Position numbers and translations under genes: made by a program. A stretch of 41,673 bases of DNA, taken from assembly GCA_964534375.1 (NCBI GenBank), contig CAZHPN010000031.1, forward strand, positions 1 through 41,673, in the 5' to 3' direction. This document shows, one piece after another, positions 28,424 to 37,025 of this stretch. This DNA comes from an uncultured bacterium. Its GTDB lineage: Bacteria; Lernaellota; Lernaellaia; Lernaellales; Lernaellaceae. Numbering within the stretch: the stretch's first letter is position 1; each line of letters begins with the position of its first letter. The notes beneath the pieces are model-generated. The model searched no databases. It was given only the letters and a program-made list of their open reading frames with translations, and was not told where the DNA came from.

Positions 28424-30085
28424 GTGTCGCCTCACGAGCCGCCGCGGCTGATCGCGCGTTGCGCCTGGCTGGCCAGCCAGGGCGAAGACCAGCGTTACGG
28501 CGAAGCCTTTGTGCGCAACGCGTTGCTGCACGTGGTGCTGCGCGGGCAGGATGTCCGCCCGCTGGCGCACGATTCCCTAGAGGCGCTGCGGGCCGAAGGC
28601 CGCGTTCGCGTCCAGGGCGGCCGGCTGGCGCCCGGCGTGCGCGGCGACGATTTTGCGCGCCTCGAGGAGTTGACGGACCGGTTGCGCGAGCGCCTGCGGA
28701 TCGAATTTTACGCCTCGCTGATCGGCCAGACGTCCGAGGCGACTGCGGCCCGCTGCGAACGGCGCGCGTTGGGCCTCCTGGCGCTCGCGGAACGGCTCGG
28801 CCGCGAAAGCACGAAGCGCGAGGCGATGCTGGTGATGCAAGCCGCGTTTCTCTACGAAATCGATCAGCTTATCGCGCTGCCCGGGGCCGCGCCGGCGCGA
28901 GACGCGGCCAATTGCATCGACCATTTTTACTCGCAATTCGTGCGCCTGCGCGCGCGCGCCGCGTCGCCGTACGCCTCGCCGCGGCCGACCGGCGCCGAGG
29001 TAAAGTGGGAAAAGCTCGCGCCGGGCCTGCGCCACGGCGAACTCAGCGGCGTCTATCGCTTCGGGCCGTTGCGCGCCGACATTCTCGAAATTTCGCCGAA
29101 AAAATGGCGGCTGCGCGCCGTGGCCGCGCCGGACGAGCCCGTGCTGGCGAACGTCGCCGCGGCCGGCGGCGCGCGTTTCGCCGTCAGCGGCGGTTTCGCC
29201 CTGGCGGCGGACGACGACCCCGGGCCCGGCCGGCGCGTCGGCGAACCGGTGGGCCTGCTGGTCTGCGACGGCGAAGTGGTCGGCGCGCCGGCGTACAACC
29301 GCACGGCGCTGCTGATGGACGTCGAGGGCCTGGTCGACATCTGGCGCGTCGGGCCGATCGGGTTGCGCCTGCACATTCGCCGCGCGACCGCAGTGGCGCG
29401 AAAAGTCGACAGCGAGCGGCTGCAGCCGGGCGAGATCGCGCTGTATACGAACGCCTTCAAAAAGAAGGTCCCGCCGGCAGCGTTGTATCTCAGCGTGCAG
29501 GGCCGGCGCGTAGTCGACGTGCTGCACGAGGCCGGCGCCGCGCCGCCGCCTGGCGGTTTTTTGCTGGCGATCGCGCCCGGTCCGGCGGGGCTGGGGCCGT
29601 TCGCCGAAATCGAACCGCAGGACCCGGTGCGCTACGAGTTGCCGGCGATGCGCGGCCTGGGGTCGATCGACGCCGCCGTCGCGGGCGGCCCGGCGCTGCT
29701 CGCCGACGGCCTCTACGACGGCGACCTGGCGGCCGATGGTTTCGACGGCGAGGCGCCGCCGCAGGCGTTCGGGCCGCGCACCCGCGCCGCGCAGAACCTG
29801 CTGCCGCGCGTCGCCTGGGGCATCACCGCCGACCATCGGTTGTTCGCGGTTGCGGTGGGCGGTCGACGGCCGCAGGAGAGCGTCGGCATCGACCTGACGG
29901 AACTGGCGAAGCTGCTGCGCGAACTGGGTTGCGTCCGTGCCGTGAACATGGATGGCGGGGCCGCGAGCATGCTGATCGACGGCCGGCCGATCGAGGCGGC
30001 GCCGCTCGACGACGTGCTCGCCGACGGCGAACCCGCCGAGCCGCGGCCGCTGGGCAGCGCGATCCTCATCGTCGAACGGACATAA
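28424..30085 (+). CDS. Phosphodiester glycosidase (NAGPA/DUF2233)-domain protein with helical N-terminal domain
   Basis: GGPALL, PRVAWGIT and LAKLLRELGCVRAVNMDGG motifs. GTG 28424 follows GGAG (alternative ATG 28388). Confidence 0.75.
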   Translation: MSPHEPPRLIARCAWLASQGEDQRYGEAFVRNALLHVVLRGQDVRPLAHDSLEALRAEGRVRVQGGRLAPGVRGDDFARLEELTDRLRERLRIEFYASLIGQTSEATAARCERRALGLLALAERLGRESTKREAMLVMQAAFLYEIDQLIALPGAAPARDAANCIDHFYSQFVRLRARAASPYASPRPTGAEVKWEKLAPGLRHGELSGVYRFGPLRADILEISPKKWRLRAVAAPDEPVLANVAAAGGARFAVSGGFALAADDDPGPGRRVGEPVGLLVCDGEVVGAPAYNRTALLMDVEGLVDIWRVGPIGLRLHIRRATAVARKVDSERLQPGEIALYTNAFKKKVPPAALYLSVQGRRVVDVLHEAGAAPPPGGFLLAIAPGPAGLGPFAEIEPQDPVRYELPAMRGLGSIDAAVAGGPALLADGLYDGDLAADGFDGEAPPQAFGPRTRAAQNLLPRVAWGITADHRLFAVAVGGRRPQESVGIDLTELAKLLRELGCVRAVNMDGGAASMLIDGRPIEAAPLDDVLADGEPAEPRPLGSAILIVERT

Positions 30086-30144
30086 ACCGCAAGCATCCGC
30101 CGGTCGCGGCCGGCCGGACGGGCGTGGAAACGATCCTGTCCGAG

Positions 30145-30179
30145 CAGTGGTCAGCCGTCATTGGTCAGTGGCCAGTGGT
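30145..30179. repeat. Heptamer tandem array (CAGTGGT-type)
   Basis: CAGTGGT CAGCCGT CATTGGT CAGTGGC CAGTGGT between convergent genes. Confidence 0.7.
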
Positions 30180-30253
30180 CGCTCGTCCGCGGGCAGCGAC
30201 CGGTTGCGCGCGAGCGCAAAAGGGGTCGCGCTCCTTTTTTTCCTTTTCCCTTG

Positions 30254-31048
30254 TTACTGCTTACTCGCCTTTGCCAGCGCGTCTTTCCATTCGCCGATCG
30301 CCGCCTCGACCAACGCCCGCGCGGCGGCGGGGCTGTCGGCGTTGGCGCTGAAGGTTACGCGCAGACCCTCGGCGTCGCCGAAATACGTCGGGTTGGTTTT
30401 CACGTGCAGACCGGGGTGCTTTTCGGTCAGCCGCTGGGCGACGGCGGTCAGCGTCGATTCGTCGAGCGCGTCGGTGGGCAGGGTCGCCTCCGCGAAGCCG
30501 GCGCCGGTCAGGCGGGCCGCGAGAGGCGCGGCGAGGGCGGCGTCGAAGATCGCGCGCAGTTCGCGCGGCACGCCGGGCAGGCACCAGATTTCCAGGCCGT
30601 CCCAGGCGAGCGCCGCCGCCGGGGCCGTGCCGACCGGATTCTCGAACCAGCGGGCGCCGGCCGGCAGCCGCGCCATCTTCTCGCGTTCGGGCGTCAGGCC
30701 GTCGATTTCGATCAGTCCTTGCCGGAACAGATCGTGATATTTTTCTTCGATCCAGCGCCGCGCCGCCGCGTCGATCGCCAACGGTGCGCCGGCGGCCAGG
30801 GCGACGCCGGCGAGCGTCACATCGTCGAAGGTCGGGCCGAGCCCGCCGGTGACGACGAGGACGTCGGCGCCCCGGGCTTTGGCCTCGCGCACGGCAGCAG
30901 CGATCTCCGCCGCGTCGTCGTCGACGACCGCAATGCGCGCGAGCCGTCCGCCGAGCGAGGCGACGTGTTTGGCGAGCCAGTTGGCGTTGGCTTCGAGCGT
31001 GCGGCCGGTGAGCAGTTCGCGGCCGATCGCCAGGGCTTCGATGCGCAT
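30254..31048 (-). CDS. CinA N-terminal / COG1058 molybdopterin-binding-fold protein, stand-alone (no PncC domain)
   Basis: IGRELLTG, N-ANWLA, GGLGPTFDDVT, NPVGTAP and LPGVPREL motifs. AAAGGAG RBS. Confidence 0.88.
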   Translation of the reverse strand: MRIEALAIGRELLTGRTLEANANWLAKHVASLGGRLARIAVVDDDAAEIAAAVREAKARGADVLVVTGGLGPTFDDVTLAGVALAAGAPLAIDAAARRWIEEKYHDLFRQGLIEIDGLTPEREKMARLPAGARWFENPVGTAPAAALAWDGLEIWCLPGVPRELRAIFDAALAAPLAARLTGAGFAEATLPTDALDESTLTAVAQRLTEKHPGLHVKTNPTYFGDAEGLRVTFSANADSPAAARALVEAAIGEWKDALAKASKQ

Positions 31049-31105
31049 CGTAATCGCTCCTTTCCCGAATTCACGAATCTCCATCGGTCTGCTATGCTTC
31101 GTCGC

Positions 31106-31936
31106 ATGAAAGAACTGGAACGGCGACTCAACGAAATCATAACCGATGGCGTCAGCGGCGCAAGCGAACTGACCGCTCGGGCCGGTCTGCTCCTGCTCGA
31201 ACTCGCAACGCACGGCGGCGAGCCGGCCGCGGCGGCGGCGGCGCGCATCCGCCGTGCACACCCGAGCCTTGCGCAACTGATCAACCTGACCTGCGACGTC
31301 GAGGCGCTCGCCCGCGGCGGCGACCCGGCGCGCCTGCGCGACTTTCTCACGGACGCCGCCGACGAACGCAAGATGCGGGAGGCGCGCACCGTGCGGCACG
31401 CGGCGGCGGCGCTGGCGGACTGCGCGCGCGTCGTCACGCTCTCACGCAGCCGGCTGGTGGAGTTGACGCTGCTCGCGCTGAAGGGCAAACCGGACGTTGT
31501 CGTCGGCGAGTCGCGGCCCCGGCGCGAGGGCGTGACCCAGGCGCGGCGGCTGGCCGCGGCGGGATTCCCGACGACGCTCGTCGTCGACGCGGCGTTGCCG
31601 GCGCTGGTCGCCCCGGGCGATGTGGCGCTGTTGGGCTGCGACGCGCTGACCCCGGACGGGTTGGTGAACAAGATCGGCTCCTACCCGCTGGCGCTGGCGT
31701 GCCGCGAGCGCGGCGTGCCGGTGATCGGCTTGTGCCCGAGCGACAAATTTCTCGCGGCGGAACGGGCCGGGCTGTTCGCCGTCGCCGAGCGACCGGCGAC
31801 CGAACTCGGTCACGATCTCGACCCGCGGATCCGTGTGGTCAACCTCTATTTCGAAACCGTGCCGCTGAACCTCGTGTCGCTCGTCGTCGGTGAAGACGGC
31901 CCGTACGACCCACGCGGCGCCGCGGGCGGCCAATGA
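31106..31936 (+). CDS. eIF-2B-like (IF-2B alpha/beta/delta family) sugar-phosphate isomerase-like protein
   Basis: SGAS, PSLA, TLSRS, ESRPRREG, GCDAL, NKIGSYPLA and NLYFETVP motifs. Confidence 0.85.
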   Translation: MKELERRLNEIITDGVSGASELTARAGLLLLELATHGGEPAAAAAARIRRAHPSLAQLINLTCDVEALARGGDPARLRDFLTDAADERKMREARTVRHAAAALADCARVVTLSRSRLVELTLLALKGKPDVVVGESRPRREGVTQARRLAAAGFPTTLVVDAALPALVAPGDVALLGCDALTPDGLVNKIGSYPLALACRERGVPVIGLCPSDKFLAAERAGLFAVAERPATELGHDLDPRIRVVNLYFETVPLNLVSLVVGEDGPYDPRGAAGGQ

Positions 31937-32820
31937 TCGACCTGCACGTCCACACGGACGCCAGCGCCGACGCCCAGCATTCGCCGGCCGAGCTGTTCGC
32001 CATGGCGCAGGCGCTCGGCCTGCGCTGCCTGGCCTTCGCCGATCACAACACGATCGCCGCGTTGCCCGCGGGGCTGCGGCTGGCGCGCGCGACCGGGGTC
32101 GAGTTCATCGGCGCGGTCGAACTCAACACACACTTGGACGGCCGCGAGTTGCACCTGCTCGGCTACGGCGTCGACCCGGCGGCGCCGGCCGTGCGCGCGT
32201 GGTTCGACGAAATCGACGCCATGTTCCGGCGGCAGACCGAGCGGCGCGTGGCGCGGTTCGTCGAGTTGGGTTTCGCGCTGACGGTCGACGACGTGCGGCG
32301 CGTCGCGGGCTCGCGGCTGCCGACCGGCTCCAGCTTTCTCGACGCGCTCGCCGCGACGCCGGCCAACCGCGAGCATCCGCTGCTGCGGCCGTATCTGGTC
32401 GGGCCGAAGGCGGCCAATCGCTACGTCAACTTTTATTTCGAGGTGATGGCCGGCGACGGACCGGCGAACGTCGGCGACGAGTCGCTGCCGGTCCGCGACG
32501 CCATCGCCCGGTTGCGGGCCGTCGGCGCGGCCCCGGTCGCGGCGCACCCGCGCGATTTGCCGGAGGCGGAATTCCGCAAGCTGATTGATGCGGGCCTGCT
32601 CGGCGTCGAGGCGATTTGTTCGTATCACGACGCGGCGACCGCCCAGCGTTGGCGCGGCCTCGCGGCGCGCTACGGCGTGCTCCACACGGCCGGCAGCGAT
32701 TTCCACGGCGTGCGGACCAAGGCCGGCGTCAAGCTGGGCGATCTGCCGGGCGCGGGCTATGACCTCGTCGAGCGGCTGCGCGAAGCGCTCGACGACCTGT
32801 CGACCGGCAACAACCCGTAG
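31933..32820 (+). CDS. PHP domain phosphoesterase (TrpH/YciV-like)
   Basis: DLHVHT, ADHN, HLLGY, AHP and GSDFHG motifs. ATGA overlap. Confidence 0.9.
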   Translation: MIDLHVHTDASADAQHSPAELFAMAQALGLRCLAFADHNTIAALPAGLRLARATGVEFIGAVELNTHLDGRELHLLGYGVDPAAPAVRAWFDEIDAMFRRQTERRVARFVELGFALTVDDVRRVAGSRLPTGSSFLDALAATPANREHPLLRPYLVGPKAANRYVNFYFEVMAGDGPANVGDESLPVRDAIARLRAVGAAPVAAHPRDLPEAEFRKLIDAGLLGVEAICSYHDAATAQRWRGLAARYGVLHTAGSDFHGVRTKAGVKLGDLPGAGYDLVERLREALDDLSTGNNP

Positions 32821-33125
32821 GCGCGTCGGACCGCGAGCACGGGCGCCGGCTGGAATGGCGGCCGCCCTTCAAACTGCGGCGGGACCGCCGCCGGCGCGAC
32901 GGCCGCGGCCGGCCGGACGGCGCGGCGGCGTTCATACGGATACGCTCCCGCTTTCGCCGCCGTTTCGCCGGGCGCATGGTCCACGGCGTTGCCTGTCGAC
33001 GCCGGCGCACGGCCCCGGTCGAGTCGGCGAGGATCGGCTTGCCCCGCTTCGTGGAGCCGCCGGACCGCCGCCAGCGCGACGCACAAGACGACGGCAATCC
33101 CTGCGTTCACTACTACTTCCATCAT
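32757..33125 (-). CDS. Small single-TM hypothetical protein (paralog 1)
   Basis: AAAGGAG RBS, ATGATG start, MMEVVVNAGIAVVLCVALAA. The C-terminus overlaps the PHP gene end. Confidence 0.55.
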   Translation of the reverse strand: MMEVVVNAGIAVVLCVALAAVRRLHEAGQADPRRLDRGRAPASTGNAVDHAPGETAAKAGAYPYERRRAVRPAAAVAPAAVPPQFEGRPPFQPAPVLAVRRAYGLLPVDRSSSASRSRSTRS

Positions 33126-33470
33126 CGTCGGATCTCCTTTTTGGACCCCGCTCGAACCCGCAACATCGCAAAACCCGGGACGAACGGGATTTTGGTTTTC
33201 ATGAGCAAACAAATTCACATAGGTCCGCTGAAACGTTTTCTCTTGCGGCGCCGCGAATGGCGGACGCGAATTGTCATATTTCTTTTCACAAACGTTCGTT
33301 CTTGCCGTTCCGCGGTTTCTCCTCCTTTGCGGCGCGAGGACGCGTGCTGCGTTTCCTCCGCCTGCCGGCGCTCGCGCCGACTCCGGCTGCTTCCGGCTCG
33401 CCGTCCGGTCGCCCGCCGGCGCCGCGCGAGCGATCTCACGCCTGGCCGACGGACAGGTGCGCCAAACCCC

Positions 33471-33644
33471 TCAAGAGGGGTCGGTTAACTCCGGTTCGGG
33501 CCTCGGTCGGCTGCGCGTGTCCGCCTCCAGCGCATCGATCTGCGCCTGGATCGCACGCGCCGATTTCTCGAATTGCCACATCGCCGCGATACCCAAACAA
33601 AGGAGCGAAGCCAGCCCCACGTTGAGAACCAATCCCACCATCAT
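33471..33644 (-). CDS. Small single-TM hypothetical protein (paralog 2)
   Basis: AAAGGAG RBS, ATGATG start, MMVGLVLNVGLASLLCLGIAA. Confidence 0.6.
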   Translation of the reverse strand: MMVGLVLNVGLASLLCLGIAAMWQFEKSARAIQAQIDALEADTRSRPRPEPELTDPS

Positions 33645-33677
33645 TGTGTCTCCTTTCCTGACCACGATCTGAGATAT

Positions 33678-33694
33678 TTCAAGGATCGCGCCAA
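33678..33694 (-). promoter_or_regulatory. Candidate sigma-54 (-24/-12) promoter
   Basis: Minus strand TTGGCGCGATCCTTGAA (GG-N10-GA), with an AT-rich tract upstream. Confidence 0.45.
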
Positions 33695-33902
33695 GCCCGC
33701 ATTGGTTTTTATTGCTAGCAATTTTATATGGTTACGCCATGTTCGGCCGGCTTTGTCGCGCCCGGCGAACCGAAGAAACGAAATCAGCGATTACATTTGG
33801 TAATTGCCTTTTCGAACGTGCGCCCCAGCGCCGCCCGCCGGCGTTTTGACGCGCGTTCGCAAGGCGGGTATTCTGGAGGCGTGCCTAACCGGAGGTGTCG
33901 TC

Positions 33903-34949
33903 GTGAAACACAGCAACTGGTTATTACGGATACTGTTGGCGATCGTCTTGGCGGCAGGCGCCGGCGCCTGCGGCGCGGGCAGCGGCAGCAGCACGAGCAG
34001 CATCACGGCTGACGACGATGTTTCGCCGGCCGATGACGATGCGTCGCCGGCCGACGACGATGCGTCGCCGGCCGATGACGACGTGTCGCCGGCCGATGAC
34101 GACATCTCGCCGGCCGATGACGATAGCTCGCCGAGCGATGACGACGACACGACCCGCATGGTCCTGGTGCCCGCGGGCAGCTTTGAAATGGGTTGCGAGC
34201 CGGCGGATCAGAATTGCAACGTCGACGAATATCCGCTGCATCAGGTGGACATGCCCGATTACTACATCGACGTCTACGAAGTGACCAACGCCAGCTACGC
34301 GAAGTTTCTGAATGCGCACGGCAACGTCTGCGACGGCAACCCCTGCGCCGCGTCACCGCACGCGGGCAACGATCTCGGGTTGTACCAATCGGGCACGACC
34401 TGGTTGGTCGATGCCGGCTACGAGAACCGACCGGTGATCCTCGTCTCGTGGTACGGCGCGAATGATTATTGCGCGTCGATCAACCGGCGGCTGCCGACGG
34501 AAGCGGAGCGCGAGAAGGCCGGGAAGGGCGGGAGCGACGCCTATATCTACCCTTGGGGCAACACGTGGCTCGACAACGCGGCGAACTACGACGGCTCCAC
34601 GAATCCGTACCAGGCGGGGCCGCAGCCTTGGACGACGCCGGTCGGCTATTTCGACGGCACGAATCACGGCGGCGCGTTTCAAACCGCCAACGGCGCCAGC
34701 CCCTACGGCGCGTACGACCTGGTCGGCAACGTCTGGGACTGGGTGAGCGACTGGTACGACCAGAATTATTATTCGGAAACCCCGGCCGGCGGCTGGGTGA
34801 ACCCGCAGGGGCCGACGACCGGCGCGGACCGCGTGTTGAAGGGCGGTGGCTGGGGCAGCACGCCGGTCAGCGTGCGGAATTCGCTGCGCGATTCGGCGCC
34901 GCCGGATTCGATGCTGTATTACGAGGGGTTCCGCTGCGCGCGCGACTGA
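33903..34949 (+). CDS. Lipoprotein with SUMF1/FGE-sulfatase-like domain and Asp-rich repeat linker
   Basis: GGAGG RBS and GTG start, AGAC lipobox. FEMG, YEVTN, RLPTEAEREKA, YPWG, GNVWDWV and GFRCARD motifs. Confidence 0.88.
   Translation: MKHSNWLLRILLAIVLAAGAGACGAGSGSSTSSITADDDVSPADDDASPADDDASPADDDVSPADDDISPADDDSSPSDDDDTTRMVLVPAGSFEMGCEPADQNCNVDEYPLHQVDMPDYYIDVYEVTNASYAKFLNAHGNVCDGNPCAASPHAGNDLGLYQSGTTWLVDAGYENRPVILVSWYGANDYCASINRRLPTEAEREKAGKGGSDAYIYPWGNTWLDNAANYDGSTNPYQAGPQPWTTPVGYFDGTNHGGAFQTANGASPYGAYDLVGNVWDWVSDWYDQNYYSETPAGGWVNPQGPTTGADRVLKGGGWGSTPVSVRNSLRDSAPPDSMLYYEGFRCARD
34011..34149 (+). repeat. Coding 21-nt tandem repeat, about 6 units of DDD(V/A/I/S)SP(A/S)
   Basis: GAYGACGAY-NNN-TCGCCGGCC repeated in frame. 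Confidence 0.9.
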
Positions 34950-35143
34950 CGCGACCCGCCTTCGCAGCTCGTAGGGAATTCCCTGACCATTCTTCCGACG
35001 CCGGTTGATTGTGGTCCGGCGCCGTCGTTCTTAAGCTTCTTGCAGGTGTGAATGCGCGGCCGCGCAAACGGCGGGAAGCCGAACGCGTGGAAATCGGAGC
35101 CGCGGGGCATGCGGGTATTGGACATTCGACGAAAGGCAAAACC

Positions 35144-35632
35144 GTGAAATACGAAGAATTGGGAATCGCGTTCCTTTTGGTGGTCGCTCTGGTCGTGGGG
35201 ATCGTCGCGAGCAACGAGACGCCGGCGACGGCGGCCAATCACAGCTTCGCCGCCGCAAGTTACCGCGTCGCGGCCGTGCCGGGCGGAAACGCCGCGCCGG
35301 CGATGCGCAAAGGGACGCCGGATTATCCCTTCGCGCAGAAGTCGGAATTCATCGACGACATGGAAAAAGAACTGGGGGTCATCCACGATGAATTGGATCT
35401 CGCCGGCGATAAAGTAGACCGGATTGGCGGCGAGGCGAAGGCCGACGCCAAGGTCAGGCTCCAGGCCGTGCGCGAAAAATGGGCGCAAACGGAGAAGAAA
35501 CTCAACCAAGCCGAAAACGCCACCGACACGACGTGGCGCGGCGTTAAAGGCGATGTCGAGAAATCCGTCGACGACACGAGAGATTCCTTCGAGAAGACGC
35601 GTCAATGGGTGAACGACACGATCAAACCGTGA
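35144..35632 (+). CDS. Exported/membrane-anchored coiled-coil protein (Sll1863-like)
   Basis: N-terminal hydrophobic helix. AQKSEFIDDMEKEL...TWRGVKGDVEKS heptad pattern. Confidence 0.7.
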   Translation: MKYEELGIAFLLVVALVVGIVASNETPATAANHSFAAASYRVAAVPGGNAAPAMRKGTPDYPFAQKSEFIDDMEKELGVIHDELDLAGDKVDRIGGEAKADAKVRLQAVREKWAQTEKKLNQAENATDTTWRGVKGDVEKSVDDTRDSFEKTRQWVNDTIKP

Positions 35633-36021
35633 TCGGGGAATCGGACGGCCGCGCCGCCGTCGCCTTTTTCGCTGTAAGAGCGCCTTTCCAGGCGCGATTC
35701 GAAATATGGCGCCCCGATGAGCCTGCCCCCGCGAAGGAGGCTGTCGATTTTCCCCTGACCGGCCAAAAGTTGGAAAACGAACTTGTTCGTGGGCGCATTA
35801 TTCGCCGCTTATTCCAGCGTGGATCGCGTTTACAGGATTGGCGAGACACCTCGGCGGACGTGCGGCGTGCAGCGATCGATTTATCGACAGTCTCGAAGAC
35901 GGGGGCGGGCGGGGCTCGTGCAGTTGGAACCCATCGCCGCCGTTGACATGCCGGCGTTGGCGCCCAATTTATTGTGTTGAACGTATTGGAAAACGAGGCG
36001 CGCCAAGGCGGCCAAAAAGAA

Positions 36022-36435
36022 ATGGCGATGACGGTGAAAAACATCGAGAAAAACGGTGCGAAAGGCGAGTCTCCCTCGGAGCTGATCGACGCGCGGATCC
36101 AGGAACTGGGCGACTGGCGGGGCAAATTCCTTGCTCGGCTGCGCGCGCTGATCAAGCAGGCCGATCCCGCGGTGGTCGAAGAGTGGAAGTGGCGAGGCGT
36201 TCCCGTATGGTATCACGACGGGATGCTCTGCACGGGCGAGACCTACAAGAACCATGTGAAGATAACTTTCGCCAAAGGGGCTTGGTTGCAGGATCCCACG
36301 CGCCTCTTCAACGCCGGCCTCGATGGCAACGCCAGGCGCGCCATCGACCTCCACGAGGGCGAGAAGATCGACGAGAAGGCGCTCAAAGCACTTGTCCGCG
36401 CGGCCGTTGCGCTCAACCAATCCGCGCGCCGCTAG
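36022..36435 (+). CDS. DUF1801 (YdhG-like) domain protein
   Basis: LGDWRG, EEWKWRGVPVW, TFAKGA and FNAGLDGNARRAID motifs. Confidence 0.9.
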   Translation: MAMTVKNIEKNGAKGESPSELIDARIQELGDWRGKFLARLRALIKQADPAVVEEWKWRGVPVWYHDGMLCTGETYKNHVKITFAKGAWLQDPTRLFNAGLDGNARRAIDLHEGEKIDEKALKALVRAAVALNQSARR

Positions 36436-36500
36436 GAGTAGGCAGCCGGCGGCGTCGGGGTTGACTGTGCTCACGGCGTCGGCGTCCGCACGCGCCATGC

Positions 36501-36542
36501 ATCCCCATCCCCCAATCCCAAATCCCCAACCCCCAGTCCCGC
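36501..36542. repeat. Heptamer array ATCCCCA-type (STRR1-like), left arm
   Basis: ATCCCCA TCCCCCA ATCCCAA ATCCCCA ACCCCCA GTCCCGC. Confidence 0.8.
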
Positions 36543-36594
36543 GTGTCCCGACTGCGGGTAATACCGCGAGGTCCGCACGTGCGTCATCCCGGCG

Positions 36595-36693
36595 AACAAC
36601 GAGGGCATCGTCCCGAAATTCATGGACGACCCGGAGTTCGAGGCAGGCCGTCACTGACAGCCTGCGACAAAACGTTTACGAGGAAATCCGAAA
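36595..36693 (+). pseudogene. Frameshifted remnant resembling the C-terminus of type I restriction subunit R
   Basis: NNEGIVPKFMDDPEF, then after one extra base near 36640, RQAVTDSLRQNVYEEIRK. Confidence 0.5.
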
Positions 36694-36779
36694 GCCGGTC
36701 GCCACGAGGCAACGCTGGGGGGGCCTTTTGCCGGCTCGGCAATGGTGTGCAGAACCGGGAACGGCGGTATCGCGGACAG

Positions 36780-36950
36780 CGGGATTCGGGATTCGGGGTT
36801 CGGGGATCGGCTTCCGGTTTCGGGTTTCGGGCAATCCACAGATCACGCAGATTGCACAGATTTCCGCGGACCGGCGGCGGCATTGAGTGACCGGGGCCGG
36901 CGGGGACATCCGGGGTTTGGGACCGGGGATTGGGGACTGGGGACTGGGGC
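36780..36950. repeat. Compound repeat block: CGGGATT heptamers, CACAGATNN nonamers, TGGGGAC heptamers
   Basis: CGGGATT-type 36780-36831, CACAGATCA/CGCAGATTG/CACAGATTT 36837-36863, TGGGGAC-type 36911-36950 (inverse of 36501-36542). Confidence 0.85.
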
Positions 36951-37025
36951 CGCTCACTCACCCAACGTATCGCGCCTTCCGACTCCGACCGGGAATCGTG
37001 CGACCGACCGTTGATCATCGAACGA

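Noticed and set aside
33466..33481. TGA inside hairpin ACCCCTCAAGAGGGGT as possible selenocysteine recoding
   Set aside because: A bacterial SECIS lies downstream of the UGA rather than around it, and the read-through sequence is uninformative.
34011..34149. 21-nt repeats as a possible CRISPR array
   Set aside because: No spacers. The repeats are in frame and encode DDDxSPA. No cas genes are present.
35640..35960. Possible minus-strand pseudogene fragment (NKFVFQLLAGQGKIDSLL...)
   Set aside because: Interrupted by stops, with no start and no recognisable family.
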